Below are positions 46,188-59,793 of a DNA stretch of 64,000 nucleotides, one piece after another. Under the pieces are notes generated by a model. That model saw nothing but the letters and a program-made list of their open reading frames with translations. It made no database searches and was not told where the DNA came from. Each line of letters opens with the position of its first letter. Position 1 is the stretch's first letter. The DNA comes from Cladosporium halotolerans (lineage: Eukaryota), in assembly GCF_011745625.1 (NCBI RefSeq), contig NW_027191472.1, positions 1 through 64,000 of the forward strand, read 5' to 3'. The position numbers were made by a program, and so were the translations under genes.

Positions 46188-49100
46188 CGCGCCGACGATG
46201 TAGACCCTTTCGTGGTTTGGCTTTCTGTTGTCTTGCTTCTCGGAGAATTGGGGCTCAAAGGTGGTGTGAACTGTCAAGCCTCAACTCCGCGCCTGAGCAG
46301 GGTGGATCGGGTAGACGACGAAGTCAGTGCGCTGTCTAAGATGCGTCGCACAGGTCGGGGATGGTTGGTTGGGAGTTCTGCAGGTAGCCGGTTGTTTGTT
46401 CTCCGAAATGCTGTGGCACGAAAAAGCACGAGTACCCCAGAGGGGCTAATGTCAAATAGCTACATTCAGTTTGATGGAAGTGACGCAGTCAGATCAGTCA
46501 GATCATATGGGGCGGGAAGAGTAAATTTGAACAGGTCTCTCGAAGGCCGTCCATCAAACATCGATTCAACCTGCAGCATGGGTTAAGCTAAGTCCCGCAT
46601 CACGCATACGCATTGAAATTGGGGCGCGGCTCGCGTGCGCAAACAGAAACGAGCCCAAGAGTCGACAAGTCTGAACAAGTCTAGCCGAAAATCCAGCTGG
46701 ACCTATTTGACTTTTGGCGATTTAGGCCAGGTCAACTCGGCGCGCACCTGATCACTTGCTATTCGGTACAGTGATACTAGTCCCGGGTTTCAGATCGCTT
46801 CCCAGAATCTAAGCAGATCAGGACCCGGTGGGCAATCTGCAGACTCGCATGATCGGCTGGATGTCCGCCAATGAGACAAACACGTTTAGACCGGAGTTTG
46901 CAGTCCAGAGTGGCAACCCGGTGCATTGTTGCGTTGAGCTATCGGATGCGAGAACAGAGGGAGCCGGCCGATCCTGATGGCGTGAAGTGTAGAAGTTCAT
47001 TGGTAGGTCCGAGATTGGGCAGCACGAACATCCTTCACGGGACAGCTGGGGTAGGGCAGAGGCGTGGTGAGCATGCAAGTGGTACCGAGACACGCCACGG
47101 CTGAAGACGGCCGTGTTCCGGTTCGCTTGTGTCGGTTGCCTTCCATGATCGCCGCGACGGCGTCAACACAGTGACGGATTTATTCCTATTGCGCAACGTG
47201 GACGGCGCGACATCCCCGAAAGCCACAATAAATTTGTCGGATCTAGGCAGGGCAAAGGGGCGATCACTTGACGGTCGTGACTTGCTCGTTAGCGCCCTGA
47301 GCTTCAGGTAAAAGCTTCAGCAAGACAACTCGCATGCAGTCGAGCTTCGAGCTCTTCTTGATGCCAGTAGTGAGTTACCGCCTGGTCTCTGAAAGACGGC
47401 ACAGTCTTGCCAAGAAGAAGCTGGCGCTTCCTGAAACACACACGTCCCGCCCTTGCATTCCCTCGTGCTCAACGTCCTCGAAGGTTATGCAATGCTTGAT
47501 CAATTTGTTGTTTTCGATTTCAATCATCTGGGGCGCAACGGTTCTGCTAGGGGAGGAAATGCTGATAGCGCATCCATCCCCAGGAACGCCGCCAAGACTG
47601 TCCCTTGAGAGTGGAGTCCATGCTTTCGGCGAATCTCGACCTCAGCTTCAAATCGAGTCTTGACCGCAATGCCTGAGAATGTCAACACAAGTCACCATGC
47701 GGCTACTGGCGAGAATGCACGCTTGCCCTACGCCCTCTCTTTTTCACGCGACTTCTTGCAAGACTCGACTTCAAGCTTAGCGAGGTGAAGCAGCCGCCGG
47801 TCATCAAGACGGTCCGTGAGTCGGTGTCACCGCATGTTCGCATTTGCCACATGGCGATCGAGAAAGCATGCGCACGCGTGCCCGAGTCTTTGGGGACTCT
47901 AGTCTTTCTCCAAACATTGAGCTCAGCCCGGCGATCTGGAACAAGCTGCCCCCCTGGAGGATTGGGGTGGTTTACGCATCAGGAAGGCATTTGCAAGGTG
48001 CCCAGCAAGCGGCCAAATTTGCTTAGAAGGACAATCATGTACTCACCAGCCAATCGAGATGCCACCACAAGCTATTGCAAAGTGGAAGTCCCATACCACA
48101 GCAAGAGCACAATGGACGACCCAGTGTACTATTCTTTGCAACTCTTCCGAGGACTGAAAGAAGGGCTGCTATCTCATTGTGTGCTCTCGAGATCCTGCCC
48201 GAGCTAGGACCTGTTGTCCGATGGGAGCAAACCCCAGCGGAAGTAGCGCTCGTCCTTACGAGATTGCAGACCAAATGAGCTTACCAGCTGTTGTGCTAAC
48301 CTCGTCCCGCAATCTGCCAGCTCTGAAGACACTTCCAGTCCTGAAGAACTTGAAGGCTCAAACCCGCCGTTGCCCTATCCATATTTAAAGAAGAGCTTCA
48401 GTAGCACCGCCACCCAAGCGTTAGGCTCGTATCATAACGTCTGAAGCACGCTCGCAGTCATGTGAAGGAATCTTCTCTGTTTCTCATCCTCTGTGTATCC
48501 CTACTACCCGATGCCTCAGATCGCCCGAGACCTTCGGCAATGCTTCCTGGCAAGCCATACAGGCCAAGAACCAGAGGTGACGCTCTCGTCGAAGTGGGCA
48601 GTCACATTGCCACTCCAGTCGAAAGCCCTGTTACTAATCTCGCGCCCTGGAGTCAGACTGGTCCTCAAAATGTGACATCTGGCGATAGCGGCGAAACAAA
48701 ACATACCGGTTGCACAAGAGAGGCCGCTGAACCTGGTTCTGAGGTATGCCGGGCAATTATCTGGCCTGCGATCAAGATGTATTCATTCGTTGAATTTGAA
48801 CAAAGAAGGCCTCGAAAGACGAGGGAGTTGTAAGTTAGTCACATTGGAACTTTGTCCATTGACCATCAGAACGCTGTGAAGGGATGACGACCTAGTCGCT
48901 CACTGAAGCAATGCGTTTCGCGATGGCGAAGTTGATTGGCTACATCAACCTCACCTCACTGAAGAATAAGCTGGCGCCCACTCGTGGCTTGGCGTTGCGC
49001 AACAACAAACGGACAGCGTTTCCCGAGCGGGACACAACACCAACCTCAACGCACTCACTTCACCGTTGCCAACTTATCATTCGCCTTTTTCTTTCGACGA

Positions 49101-49288
49101 ATCACCGCATACCTCTCCTCTGGTCTCCTCTATCGTCGAGCTTCCACACTCATTTGCTCGCTCCTCCAGTCTGCCTTGCAGTGTCACAGGAAGCCTCCAT
49201 CGCCGGCATCTACTCAACGAGCCTTCCGAGAAGATCGCCTTTGCCGCAGCTCATCATCGCGCTTAGCTCTGCATACATCTGATCACCA

Positions 49289-52200
49289 ATGGCGAACCCG
49301 CTCACTGCGGGCGAGCTTCGCCTTCTCTACCATCACATCTTTCTCCCTCCACAGCTGCCACAGACATCTGACGATGCAGCGAAAGTGTGCAAACTCGTCT
49401 TGCAGCTATCATTAGAGGCCCTTCGAGCTCTTCAACTATCACACCCTGATGAATACCCGGCTGCAGTTGCAAACGTAATCACGGCTTTGGAGAACTTGAA
49501 AGCAGTCAACAGCCTCGATCAAGGTGCAACAAGTGAATCGGAGCTTTCCCGGATATTGATCACACTGGAGGATGGGCAGACTACACCGGTCCTCATCGGT
49601 CATCAAAATGCTGCCATTCTGTGTACAAGACGTGGCCATCATCTCGTGTTTGAGGCGTTCGAACTATCACCCTCCAACACTGAAGTCATGAGGGCAGACG
49701 GAAGACTTATTCGCTGCTTCCCCGGCACAACGGTCGCTATCAACGTTCTCCAGCACGCCGAGCTTTTACCCATCGTGGCGGAGACGCTGTCAACAATGTG
49801 CCATGGCGCCGCCCCAGACATGCAACCTCACTCTTTCAAGGCGGGTGCGAAACACGAAGAACACCGAGACACTACAGACCCGGCAGTAGTCACGGGGCTT
49901 TTCATGGGATTCCTCCGAGGCCTGGGAGAAGCAATACCCGTTTCTGGGGTTCGCAAGAATACCAGAGACGATGTCTTGTGGTATAATGCACTAGCACCCT
50001 GGCGTAGATCACCGATGTGGCTTTTGATCAGAGTCACTCTACACCTTCTCACTCGACGCTCTACCAAGGGGTCTGATCTCGCATACAAGAGGATCATGCT
50101 GTACATCATGTGCCATGCTGTGAAGCTGGCCCACGACCTCGCCTTCCCAAGCGACTGCCTGTACGCAATGGGCGCGAAGATTGTTCGAAGACTTCACAAG
50201 CTTCGTGCATCAGAAGGTCACAACGATAGCCTTGATGACCCATTACTCAAGCACGTTGAGTTTGTACTCAAACGCGCATCCATTATGATCTCTGGCCGTT
50301 GGCGCAAAATCCTGAAGAAAGATGCGCGAGCTCTGAACATGAAGGCTTTAGCCGACCTTGATATTGAGCAGGACACCTATATCGACATGCCCGATCTTGA
50401 CAACTACATTCGATCAATGCAATCGCACCCCAGCGTTGATGTGCTCAAGCGCTTTCTTCCCCAGGAACCTTTGGACACATGGGGCTCATTGACTCTCCCC
50501 TGTCTCTCTGGTGAGTTGCCACCGGACTTCTCTCGCAGAACTGCTGTTCTCCATAATGTTGAGCACTGGGTCTCCCATAATGTCGATTCCTGGCTGCCAA
50601 TTGGCGACACCCATATTCCGAATGCATGCCAGAAGCTTGCCAAGCTCATGGTCGACTACCATCACCATGCTACCGCACACTACTCTGGCAACCCTGAAGG
50701 GACATCTGTCGCGATTTTGACTGTTTTCGAGCTTTGGGTCGCATGTGACAAAGTCGCTGTTCACAAATGCCCAATGCTTGCGGAATACCCACCCGACATG
50801 CCCCCGGAGACACTTCAAAGTTTACTCTTGCCACGGTCGCATCAGATGGAGAGACTTTCGAAAGTTGAGATGTATTTGCAGGAGAGACAAACTTCCTCAA
50901 AATGTCTGCTGTCAGGGCTCATATTCAGCACGACTGATAAACACAGCTTTCCAGCCCGTTACTTCGCTGACTCCAAGGTCCATCGCGACCTTCGCGAAAC
51001 CATCGAAAAGGAAGCTCAAGAATGTCGCGAAGCGAAGAAGGCTGAATTCATTGAGACGAAAGGCACATATGAGCGACTTTACGCATGGTATAACGAGACC
51101 GATTGTGACTACAGGGCGGTTGTTGTGAACAACCGATGTAACCCACCCGAGACGGAGTTCACGCACATGGAGAGTGTCTGCAAAAAATGTCTCTATCGGA
51201 AGGAGCGGGACAGTCTCGTCATTGAAGTACATGAGTGGCCACTGCCTGAAGATCCTGTCGAAGCTTCGGTGGTCGTGTTTGAGCTCAGAGTTCCATCTTG
51301 GTTCGCAGCATGGCGAGATGCGAGGCTTTTCATGCTTCACGATGTTCTGAAAGGAAGAGCCGACTCCGCGAGCCCCAGTGCGAAATACCTCCTGCAAGAA
51401 GATCCTCATCTCAAGCATGAGTTCATTGTTGGCTCTTCTCACAAGAACCGCAAACTCCGCACTCGCCTTCTTTCCGAGAGAAAACCACAAGTCAATACCC
51501 ACTACAGCAGGAAGCTCATTGCCACCTTAGAAGTCGACACGCTCTGTGTGAAGAACGGCCTCAAATACAAGTACCACGACGAGGGTTCTGGTCGTTACAT
51601 TGGCAACATGGTGTTTGGCGACACTGTCAATCATTCTTGCACCTATAAGCTCCCGTTACCAGAGCTTCAGCGATTCATCTCCCGCTCCGCCAGCTTAGCT
51701 ACTGGCGATACACCGAACACTGTCATTTCAACTCAGGACAAATGTCCATCTACAATGGTTTTGGAAGAGTACAAGGAGCTCTGCAGCATCCCACTCGGCC
51801 ATCACATCCGGTGGCCTAATATGCTCCTGCAGCTCGCTATACCTGGAGTCGATTTTAGGAAAGAAACAACGTCGCTTGTGTTCTTCCAGTGCATCTACCA
51901 GACCGGCCCTCCTGGCGAAGACAAATTGAGAGAGTCGCATGCCATCTTCTGTCAAGCTGATAAAGCTTTTTCCATCGTCAAGGCTCTGGACAGTGCTATC
52001 GAGAGGGTGAAGCGTAACTGGGAGTCTGCGCAGGCATTGAGTCTCTTCGCTTGTATGACGACTCGTGTGATGTCACTGAATTCCGAGACAAAAGACGACT
52101 GCGTTTCGCTTTTGCAGAAAATCAGGCGCACGGCGGTGGAATGGATGTGCTCTTTGAGGGATCTGGCATACAATGCATCCAGCCACGATGAACGGACTCT

Positions 52201-55200
52201 TTTCTTACAAAAGGGTGTCGAGGCCGCCCTCATTTGTGCTGCAACATATGATGTGGAAGAACGCCATCTTCCTGAAATCCTTTCTCCGGCGCAGGAAGCT
52301 TCAACACTCATCCAAGCTGCCATCGCGGTGCATCAGTGTGCAACTGAAGAGACCTGGAACGACTTCCATCCGAAGTTGCTTCGTTTGCGATTTGTAAGAC
52401 TCCTGCACAGGTGCTACAACTTTCTCGCTGGAAATAACGAAGCTTTGGATCATGCAGTGAAATGTTGTTGGGCTGCTTTCGTACCTGGATCGAAAGGCTG
52501 GGTAACAGCTTCAGGCCAAGCGGACCATTGGGTTATGACTGAGACCATATCATCAACAGGCAGCACATCGCTCGTGCGCATCGATTTACTCAGCGGCGAG
52601 CTTCTTGTCAACGGCTTACCGGTAGACCAGCCGCCTCCCAATTTCAGGTCGAAGCCTCTGTATGCGACTTTGTTTGGAAGTGCGACCGTTGAAGTGATGC
52701 CTGGTACCAGCAAAGGCTTCCGGTTTTCCACAAAGAGAACAGTCAACGATTATAAAGTGCAGCTTGGCATGCGTGAGAGAACCGGCATGCTTCTCGTACA
52801 AGCTTCGCTTGGATCCGACGTCATCGAGAACATCCCTGGCGAAATACTGGCACCTGATCTCCCGACTCATTTTGTTGAGGACTACGTTCACTGGTACAAC
52901 TTCACGAGTGGCCAAGTGGAGCTTCGGCCTATAGACGATCCATGGAATCCACACTCTCAAGGCTCGTGGACTTTGCAAAGAACCTCAAGCAAGGGCTGGA
53001 GAATGACCAAGGACGGGAGCGCCGTCGTTGGTCTGCATTCTGTTACGGCGCAGCTCATCGCCGATCTCTTCGATCCACTCGCAGACACCTACGGTATACA
53101 CTGTATCTTGCAGTCAACGGACGGCTCCCTCCTTGTCGACATTCCAACGCTCCGTTTGAGCTTCTTCTTGGAGCAAGGCGATACCAAAGTCCGCTCCAAA
53201 GAGTATCCATCGATGGTAGTAGATGATAAGCAAGAACTGGGCACACTCATCGGCTTCAAGAACAAGCTCATGCTTGCATCAGCAAATGGTGACCGGCTTT
53301 TGCTTTTGCCGGAAGCCAAGGTTGTGTGCAACTGCAAATGGCCACACATCACAGTATCCGTGAGGGACAAAGACGACATTCGTAAAGTTCACGCAGTAAA
53401 AGTTGATACACTGCTCGACCGCCTCGTCGACAATGGGGATCTTGCCTGCAAGTTCTACCTTGCCTACCTTCACGCTTTGACATCTTACTGCTTGCCAGAT
53501 CCTCTTACTCACCACACTGGAACGGAGCAGGCCCTCGTCATCTTGGGCTCCAGTGGGGCAAGATCATTCGAACAGCTTTCACAGGACTGTGTCAACATCC
53601 TAGCATCGATAGCGGGGCTCAGTCCTGGTAGATACTATTACCCACCGGACAAACGCGTGATGCAGACTGTCAAATGGAATGGAAGGCTCGGCTTCCTGGC
53701 TCAGCACCCCCGCTTGAGAAGCGCCGTTCAGGAAATCTTCGACCAGGCAAAGCAGGCTAGGCTCTTCTACCCAGACAGTGACCTCAAGTTCCCTTCGCTG
53801 CAGACAGTCGAGGTTCAGCTTCAGGATCGGGACAGTATAAGGTCTTCTACATTCAGAGTGCCAGGATTTGGAGCTGAAGATTTCACGTCCGGGCAGGATG
53901 TCACTTACACCGCTCGCGACAAGTGCTGGTCATTCAAAGGCAGTATCAATGCGGCAACTATCACCCATGTTTTGTTTCAAAGTCAGGGCGGTTTGCACTG
54001 GCCTGCTCCAACCATTGCTCAACTTTGGGGCCGCCTCCGAGAGGTCTCAGTGATTCAGGGACGTGAATCAGAAGAGACTCGCAAAAGCTATCGCTACTAC
54101 GGAGATTTGTTGCATCCCAGTCAGATCAACAGGGTGGTTTCAAACTTTCTGATTCACCTCCCGAAGCTCGCCGCGCACGGTGCACTGAAAGAGCGGTACT
54201 CGATTGCGATCTGGATTGCGAGTATGGCCTTCACCGCCAAGAAGCTTGATTTGATGCTGCTGCAAATGCTGGCAATGGTCTCCAGGCGTCCACAAATGCT
54301 CAAGTTTAGGCCTCCTTCTGCTATCACTTTCCCTATCTTGGAAGGCACAATGTGCACGGAGCTGGTGGTACTTCAAACGGTCGAAAGCCATACCATCCCG
54401 TTCGAGATGTGCCCAGAGTCTCAACTTCTCCGAAAGGATAATGAGACCTCGGATCAGCATGCAGCCCGGCGGCTACGGGCTTGGAGAATTGCCCAGAAAG
54501 ATGCCGTGATTAACTTTGTTCATGCGCTCGTGGCTCAATGGCCGTGTGCCAATCCAAGTCCGCCTGCTCTCCCGAGTTGTGTTCCATACGTCAATTTTGC
54601 TGCAGCAATGAGAAGCGTCAAGGCAAAGTTCCTTCTCTGGAATAACAACAAAGTGCTGCACGGGTACTTCTGGCAGCTGCTCAGGTCGCTCGAATCCCTC
54701 GGAGAGCACATTATACAGCTTGCGGAGCCGATCGATCCTTCTGCTCCCAGACGTCTTTTCTCCGCTCAGAATGTGTCGCTGCATGGTCTATTTTCCACGC
54801 AAGCGCCGCAGATCAGGGAAAGCGACTCGATTTCGTCACTGAAAACGATCGATCAAGAGCAGGATCAAGCCAGAAGCCATCACCTTTATTGCACTCACTG
54901 CTACAGGCGCTCGAGTGCGGCGTCGGTATCTCGAACTATGAGAGGGAGTGTACCCACGATCTCCAATCAAGCTTGAAAGCGCTCCTCAAGCAAAGCAGCC
55001 ACAATACCGTATTGTCTAGGCCGTCTTTCGAAGAGCTGGCATCCCACCATCGTCATTGCCTGGCAACTGTGAACTCAATTCTCGAGCGCATCATCGCTGC
55101 GACAGCTAGTGTGCCACATGTCGGTGGCGAGTTGATCATACAACACTGGCCACGTATCTCGCCGGTCGTGATTCTTCAGCAGCTGTCACACAATCGTTAC

Positions 55201-58200
55201 GACCATCTGCCGAGCGACTGGAAAGTATACATCGTGCATTATGGATTGGCTATTACTGCTCTTCAGCAAGCCACACGGCTTTTGGGCTACTATCAACGCT
55301 CTCAGCAGATCGACTTGACCAATGAGCTGGAGAACGTGGGCCATTACAATTGGAGCCCTGCAGAGCATCCTGAATCACTCTTGATCGAAATCGAAGGGAA
55401 CATTATGATCCGCGAAGTGCAAGAGCAAATCGCTTGCCAGATGCGTGCGCCTTCTTCAGGGCACAATGTCGTAATGCAGTTGAACATGGGCGAGGGCAAG
55501 TCAACCGTCATCACTCCTATGGTTGCAAGTTCTCTCGCGGATGGATCGCGCCTGGTCCGAGTCGTCGTTGCAAAGCCACAGTCCAAGCAAATGGCGGAGA
55601 TGTTAGTGTCGAAATTTGGCGGGCTCTTGAATCGCAGGCTTTACCACATGCCGTTTTCCAGGTCACTCGACCTAGACCACCGTTCAGCCGGAACCATCTT
55701 CGAGATGTTGAGGCAGTGTCAGGTGGCAGGCGGTATCCTTCTCGTGCAGCCTGAACATCTTTTGTCAATGAGGCTGATGGGCCCGGAATGCTTCATCAAC
55801 GGGAAAGATGGGGTTGGTCAGACTCTGATGAAGATTCAAGACTTTTTCGACCAGCACTCCCGCGATATCGTTGACGAAAGTGATGAGAACTTCAGTGTCC
55901 GCTTCGAGCTCATCTATACCATGGGCACACAGCAAGCGATCGAGCTGAGCCCGGATCGATGGTTCCTGATGCAGCAAGTCCTTGAACTTGTGCATCATCT
56001 GGCTCGGCCACTTGCCGATGAGCTACCATCCTCTATTGAAGTCCATGATAGGGGAGCTGGCGTTTTCCCAAGGATTCGATTGTTGAGAGCCGATGCGACA
56101 AGACTCCTGGCTATCCGCGCTGCCGCTCACATTCGCGACAACGGTCTGGAGGGGTTCCAAATTTCTAGACATCGCAGGAGCATGCGCGAAGCCGTTTATA
56201 CTTTCATGACTGACCTCGATATTGACGACGAAACTTCTGCGTACGTACAGAGTGGAGAGTTCTGGAATACATCGAAGGTGCCGCTTCTTCTGCTACGAGG
56301 CATACTTGCCGGCGGCGTATTAGCGTTCGTCCTGGGCCAAAAACGCTGGCGAGTCAACTACGGCTTGGCTACTCGCTCACCGCCGACCAAGTTAGCCGTG
56401 CCTTATCGTGCGGAAGACAATCCCTCTCCACGGTCCGAGTTCAGTCATCCAGACGTGGTGATCGCTTTGACTTCTTTGTGCTACTACTACGAAGGTCTCA
56501 GTGACGATGACATGTTTACCGCCTTTGAGCATCTGCTAAACTCCGATCAAGCCAATATCGAGTACCAGGCTTGGATCAAGTGTTCTCCCGGTGTTCCACA
56601 AGCTTTTCGGCAGCTGCATGGAATCAATCTGAGAGATCGCATGCAGTGCATGAACCAACTCTTCCCCACCCTATGCTTTGGCAAGAATGTCGTCGACTAC
56701 TTCCTATCTCATGTTGTCTTTTCGAAAGAAATGAAGCAGTACCCTCACAAGCTCTCTGCATCAGGCTGGGACATCGGCAAGAACAAAGTTTTACCCACCA
56801 CCGGCTTTTCTGGTACAAATGATTCGAAACGCCTGCTTCCACTATTCGTCAACCAGCTCGACTTGGAGCCACAGAAACACACCAATGCTTTGGTACTTGA
56901 GCGCCTCCTGGATCCCGTCAACGGGGTGAAGCTCATGACTCGTCCTGGTGATCACGTCACAGATGCAGAGCATTTGCTTTCAACAGCTCTCAGCCTTGAT
57001 CCACCCGTTCAAGTCATTCTCGATGTGGGTGCTCAGATCATCGAGCTTGACAACCTTGGCGTTGCCCAGAGGTTGTTGCAACTCTCGGATGACAGCAAAG
57101 AAGCCGTGGTCTTCGTCAACGACTTTGACGAACTCAGTGTCATTGATCGCAAAGGACGCATCGATCCTCTGAAATCTTCTCCTTTCGTATCAAGAATGGA
57201 TGTCTGCCTCGTCTTTCTTGACGAGAGCCACACCCGCGGCATCGACTTGAAGCTCCCTGACAACTACAGAGCGGCTGTCACACTTGGGGCGCACCTCACC
57301 AAAGATCGCCTGATGCAAGCTTGCATGAGGATGAGGAAACTCGGTAAAGGACAGTCAGTCGTGTTCTGCATCTCAAGGGAGATCCAGACAAAGATCAAAG
57401 AAACGGTGGCTGACGACCGGGACAAATCGACAATTACCGTTGCGGATGTTCTGCTTTGGTCGATATCGGAAACTCACGCAGAAACTCGTCGCTGCATGCC
57501 GCTTTGGACTGTGCAAGGTGAGCGCTTTGTGCGGCAGGACAAAATCTGGAATGGGATGAAAGAGGACGGCGCTACCATGCTCTCCAGAAGTGGTGCCGAA
57601 GATTTGCTCGAAGAAGAGGCTCAATCGATTGAGCATAGATATCAACCGCGCAAGACAGAGAGCCATCCAGCCCTACTTGCCAAAGCTCCCGATGAGGATC
57701 TCAGGCGAATCGCCAGCCGCTGCCAGGACTTTGATGGCCTCCATTTCAATGCCAGTACGTTACAGGAGGAGCAAGAGCGCGAGCTCTCTCCAGAGATCGA
57801 GCAGGAGCGCCAGTGACAAAAGCCAGCTGCCGCGAACCCGGCACTGCATTGCTTGCACAAAGACGTTGTCAAATTTGCGCTCTCTGGCGAGCTCATCTCA
57901 AATTCGACCGCTTACATGCCAGCATTTGAGTCGTTAGCCACCACCTCGGCGGCCTCTCTTATCCCACTTTCCCAGCTGGGTGGAGGCGGCAGATTGCTAG
58001 CTACGGTGGACTTCGCGACAACAATAATGAAAGCGGGCAAATCGGTAGACACCGACATGTTCCAGAGACCTGTGCAATGGGTCCTCACCAGATGCAAGAG
58101 GGAAATGCGCGAGATCGACCTCATCATGCTGATCAGCCCGTACGAGGCAGATCTGCTCCTCCCGACTCTGACCAGCCCCATCATAACCCTTCATCTGTAC

Positions 58201-58626
58201 AAGCCGCGCTGCAATGCGGGTTTCAGCCCGTTGGACAACATGGATCTTTTCACCGTGTCTGCTGCCGTTGGCTACGGGCAGCTTGTGCTGCCTCGGCCTC
58301 TCTCCGTCCAACTCGGCCTCTTTGCCGGCCAACTTTACATCAGCAGTTACGAGGACTACCTGGAGATCTGCAAATTCCTCGGCTTCTCGACAAAGCTGAT
58401 GTCTAAAAAAATGGAGGATGAGGGTTGGGATATTGGCACGGACGGGTTCATCCTTAGAGATGGAAAGGGTCGGGTGGGAGGCTCTTCGGGGCTGGAGAAG
58501 AGCCCCACGAACTTCTTGAAAGTCTTGCTGTCGAAGATCCGCAGGAACGGCGACACTATCTCAAAGACGGACATGGGGCGATTTCTCGAGGGACAGGTGT
58601 TCCAGAAGCTGTATTGGCAGCAGTGA
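49289..58626 (+). pseudogene. Giant (~3100 aa) DUF6606/DUF3638/DUF3645-type protein with SF2 P-loop ATPase; reading frame interrupted twice
   Basis: Three consecutive ORFs (49289-54976, 54889-57816, 57853-58626) form one colinear protein: HHIFLPPQLP, PWRRSPMWL, QLNMGEGKS, IVDESDE, KRWRVNYGL...LAVPYRA, GFSGTND, QACMRMRKLG, EEQERELSPEIEQERQ, QLGLFAGQLY. Frameshift near 54.8-54.9 kb and in-frame TGA at 57814, with no obvious intron at either. Sequencing error is not excluded. Confidence 0.8.
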
Positions 58627-59436
58627 GCCAGTAGCTGGCGTCGGAGGTTGGTAAAGGATGTGAAACGCTGTATCAATTGTAGCAACTCGAATCAAAAAGC
58701 TCAGCAAAAAGCTCAGTGAACCAAGAATCCGATTACCAAGTCGCAATGCGAGTCTCAGTTCGTCCAGTCTAGGAGATCGCCGAAAGCCCTCCCCCCCACA
58801 CACGGGGATCAGTGTCGAGTAATAACTCCATCAATGCGAAATGACTCGCAGGCATAGGGGCTGCCCCTAGGCTGTGATGAACTGTGTCCCGGTTTAATCA
58901 CTTTATCGTTGTGCGTCATAAGTCTTTTGAGCGTCGTTTTCCGTATTCTGATCCGACACAATAGCGAAATAGATCGTCCTGGCCTTGGTGGGAAGGACTG
59001 AAGTTTGGCGCGACTGACAACTTTCTTGTGATGCCCGCCTTAGGTAAGCAGGCGCTATGCTTGCATCTGTCAGCGCCCGCTACTGTAGTGTATAGCCGCA
59101 GCCCTGTTTGGGCTGACGCTGCAAATCCAGGGATGGAAGTGGCACTGCGCAGTCGCACCTGCATTAAGCTCAATGTTGACCTTGCCGTTCATTGCTTTTG
59201 GCTCGAAGCCCACATTACGCTTCCTTCGCACTCACACGCGACTAGAGTATATATAAATTCGCACAACATGGCACACACCACGACAAGCCTACTCTCACTT
59301 CAGGTCCCATATCGTACGCGCATCCGTCTACGCTTCTCAACACCGGTTCAGCACACCACGACAAACCTGCACTCGCTTCCAGCCGTACATCATCGGCGCA
59401 TCCATTTCACACTTCTCCACACCGGTTTAGCACGCC

Positions 59437-59793
59437 ATGGCCGCCTCAGATACCTTCACCGAACATCTTATAGCATCGTGCAAGTGTGGATACACGGTCG
59501 AAGAAGATTTTCTCGTCATCAATCCTCATGTGCCGAGGCCCTCACATCTGCGTACTCCAGCCGAGCAGGCCGAATACGAGCGATCACGTGCAGACCAGCC
59601 ATGGCAGCCCAGGTGTCGACGTGCCTTCAAAACGCTCGTGATGAGGTTGATATTGTTGGAATTTCTGGTGCTGGGGTGGAACTTCGTCGGTGTGAGACAG
59701 GGATATTTTACCGTTTACGAGGCTGCAGGTGCAGTCATGTTCTCGGTCCTAGTCGCCGCCGCCTTAGCTTTATTGGCGGTGTTGAACAGATAG
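59437..59793 (+). CDS. Small orphan membrane protein (2 predicted TM helices)
   Basis: 118-aa ORF with GCCATGG start context, TATATATAAA at 59248-59257 and two hydrophobic segments at the C-terminus. Confidence 0.5.
   Translation: MAASDTFTEHLIASCKCGYTVEEDFLVINPHVPRPSHLRTPAEQAEYERSRADQPWQPRCRRAFKTLVMRLILLEFLVLGWNFVGVRQGYFTVYEAAGAVMFSVLVAAALALLAVLNR

Noticed and set aside
54815..54822. GGGAAAG slippery heptamer as a programmed -1 frameshift site in the giant gene
   Set aside because: The heptamer is in the wrong phase: the upstream frame reads AGG GAA AGC, not G GGA AAG.
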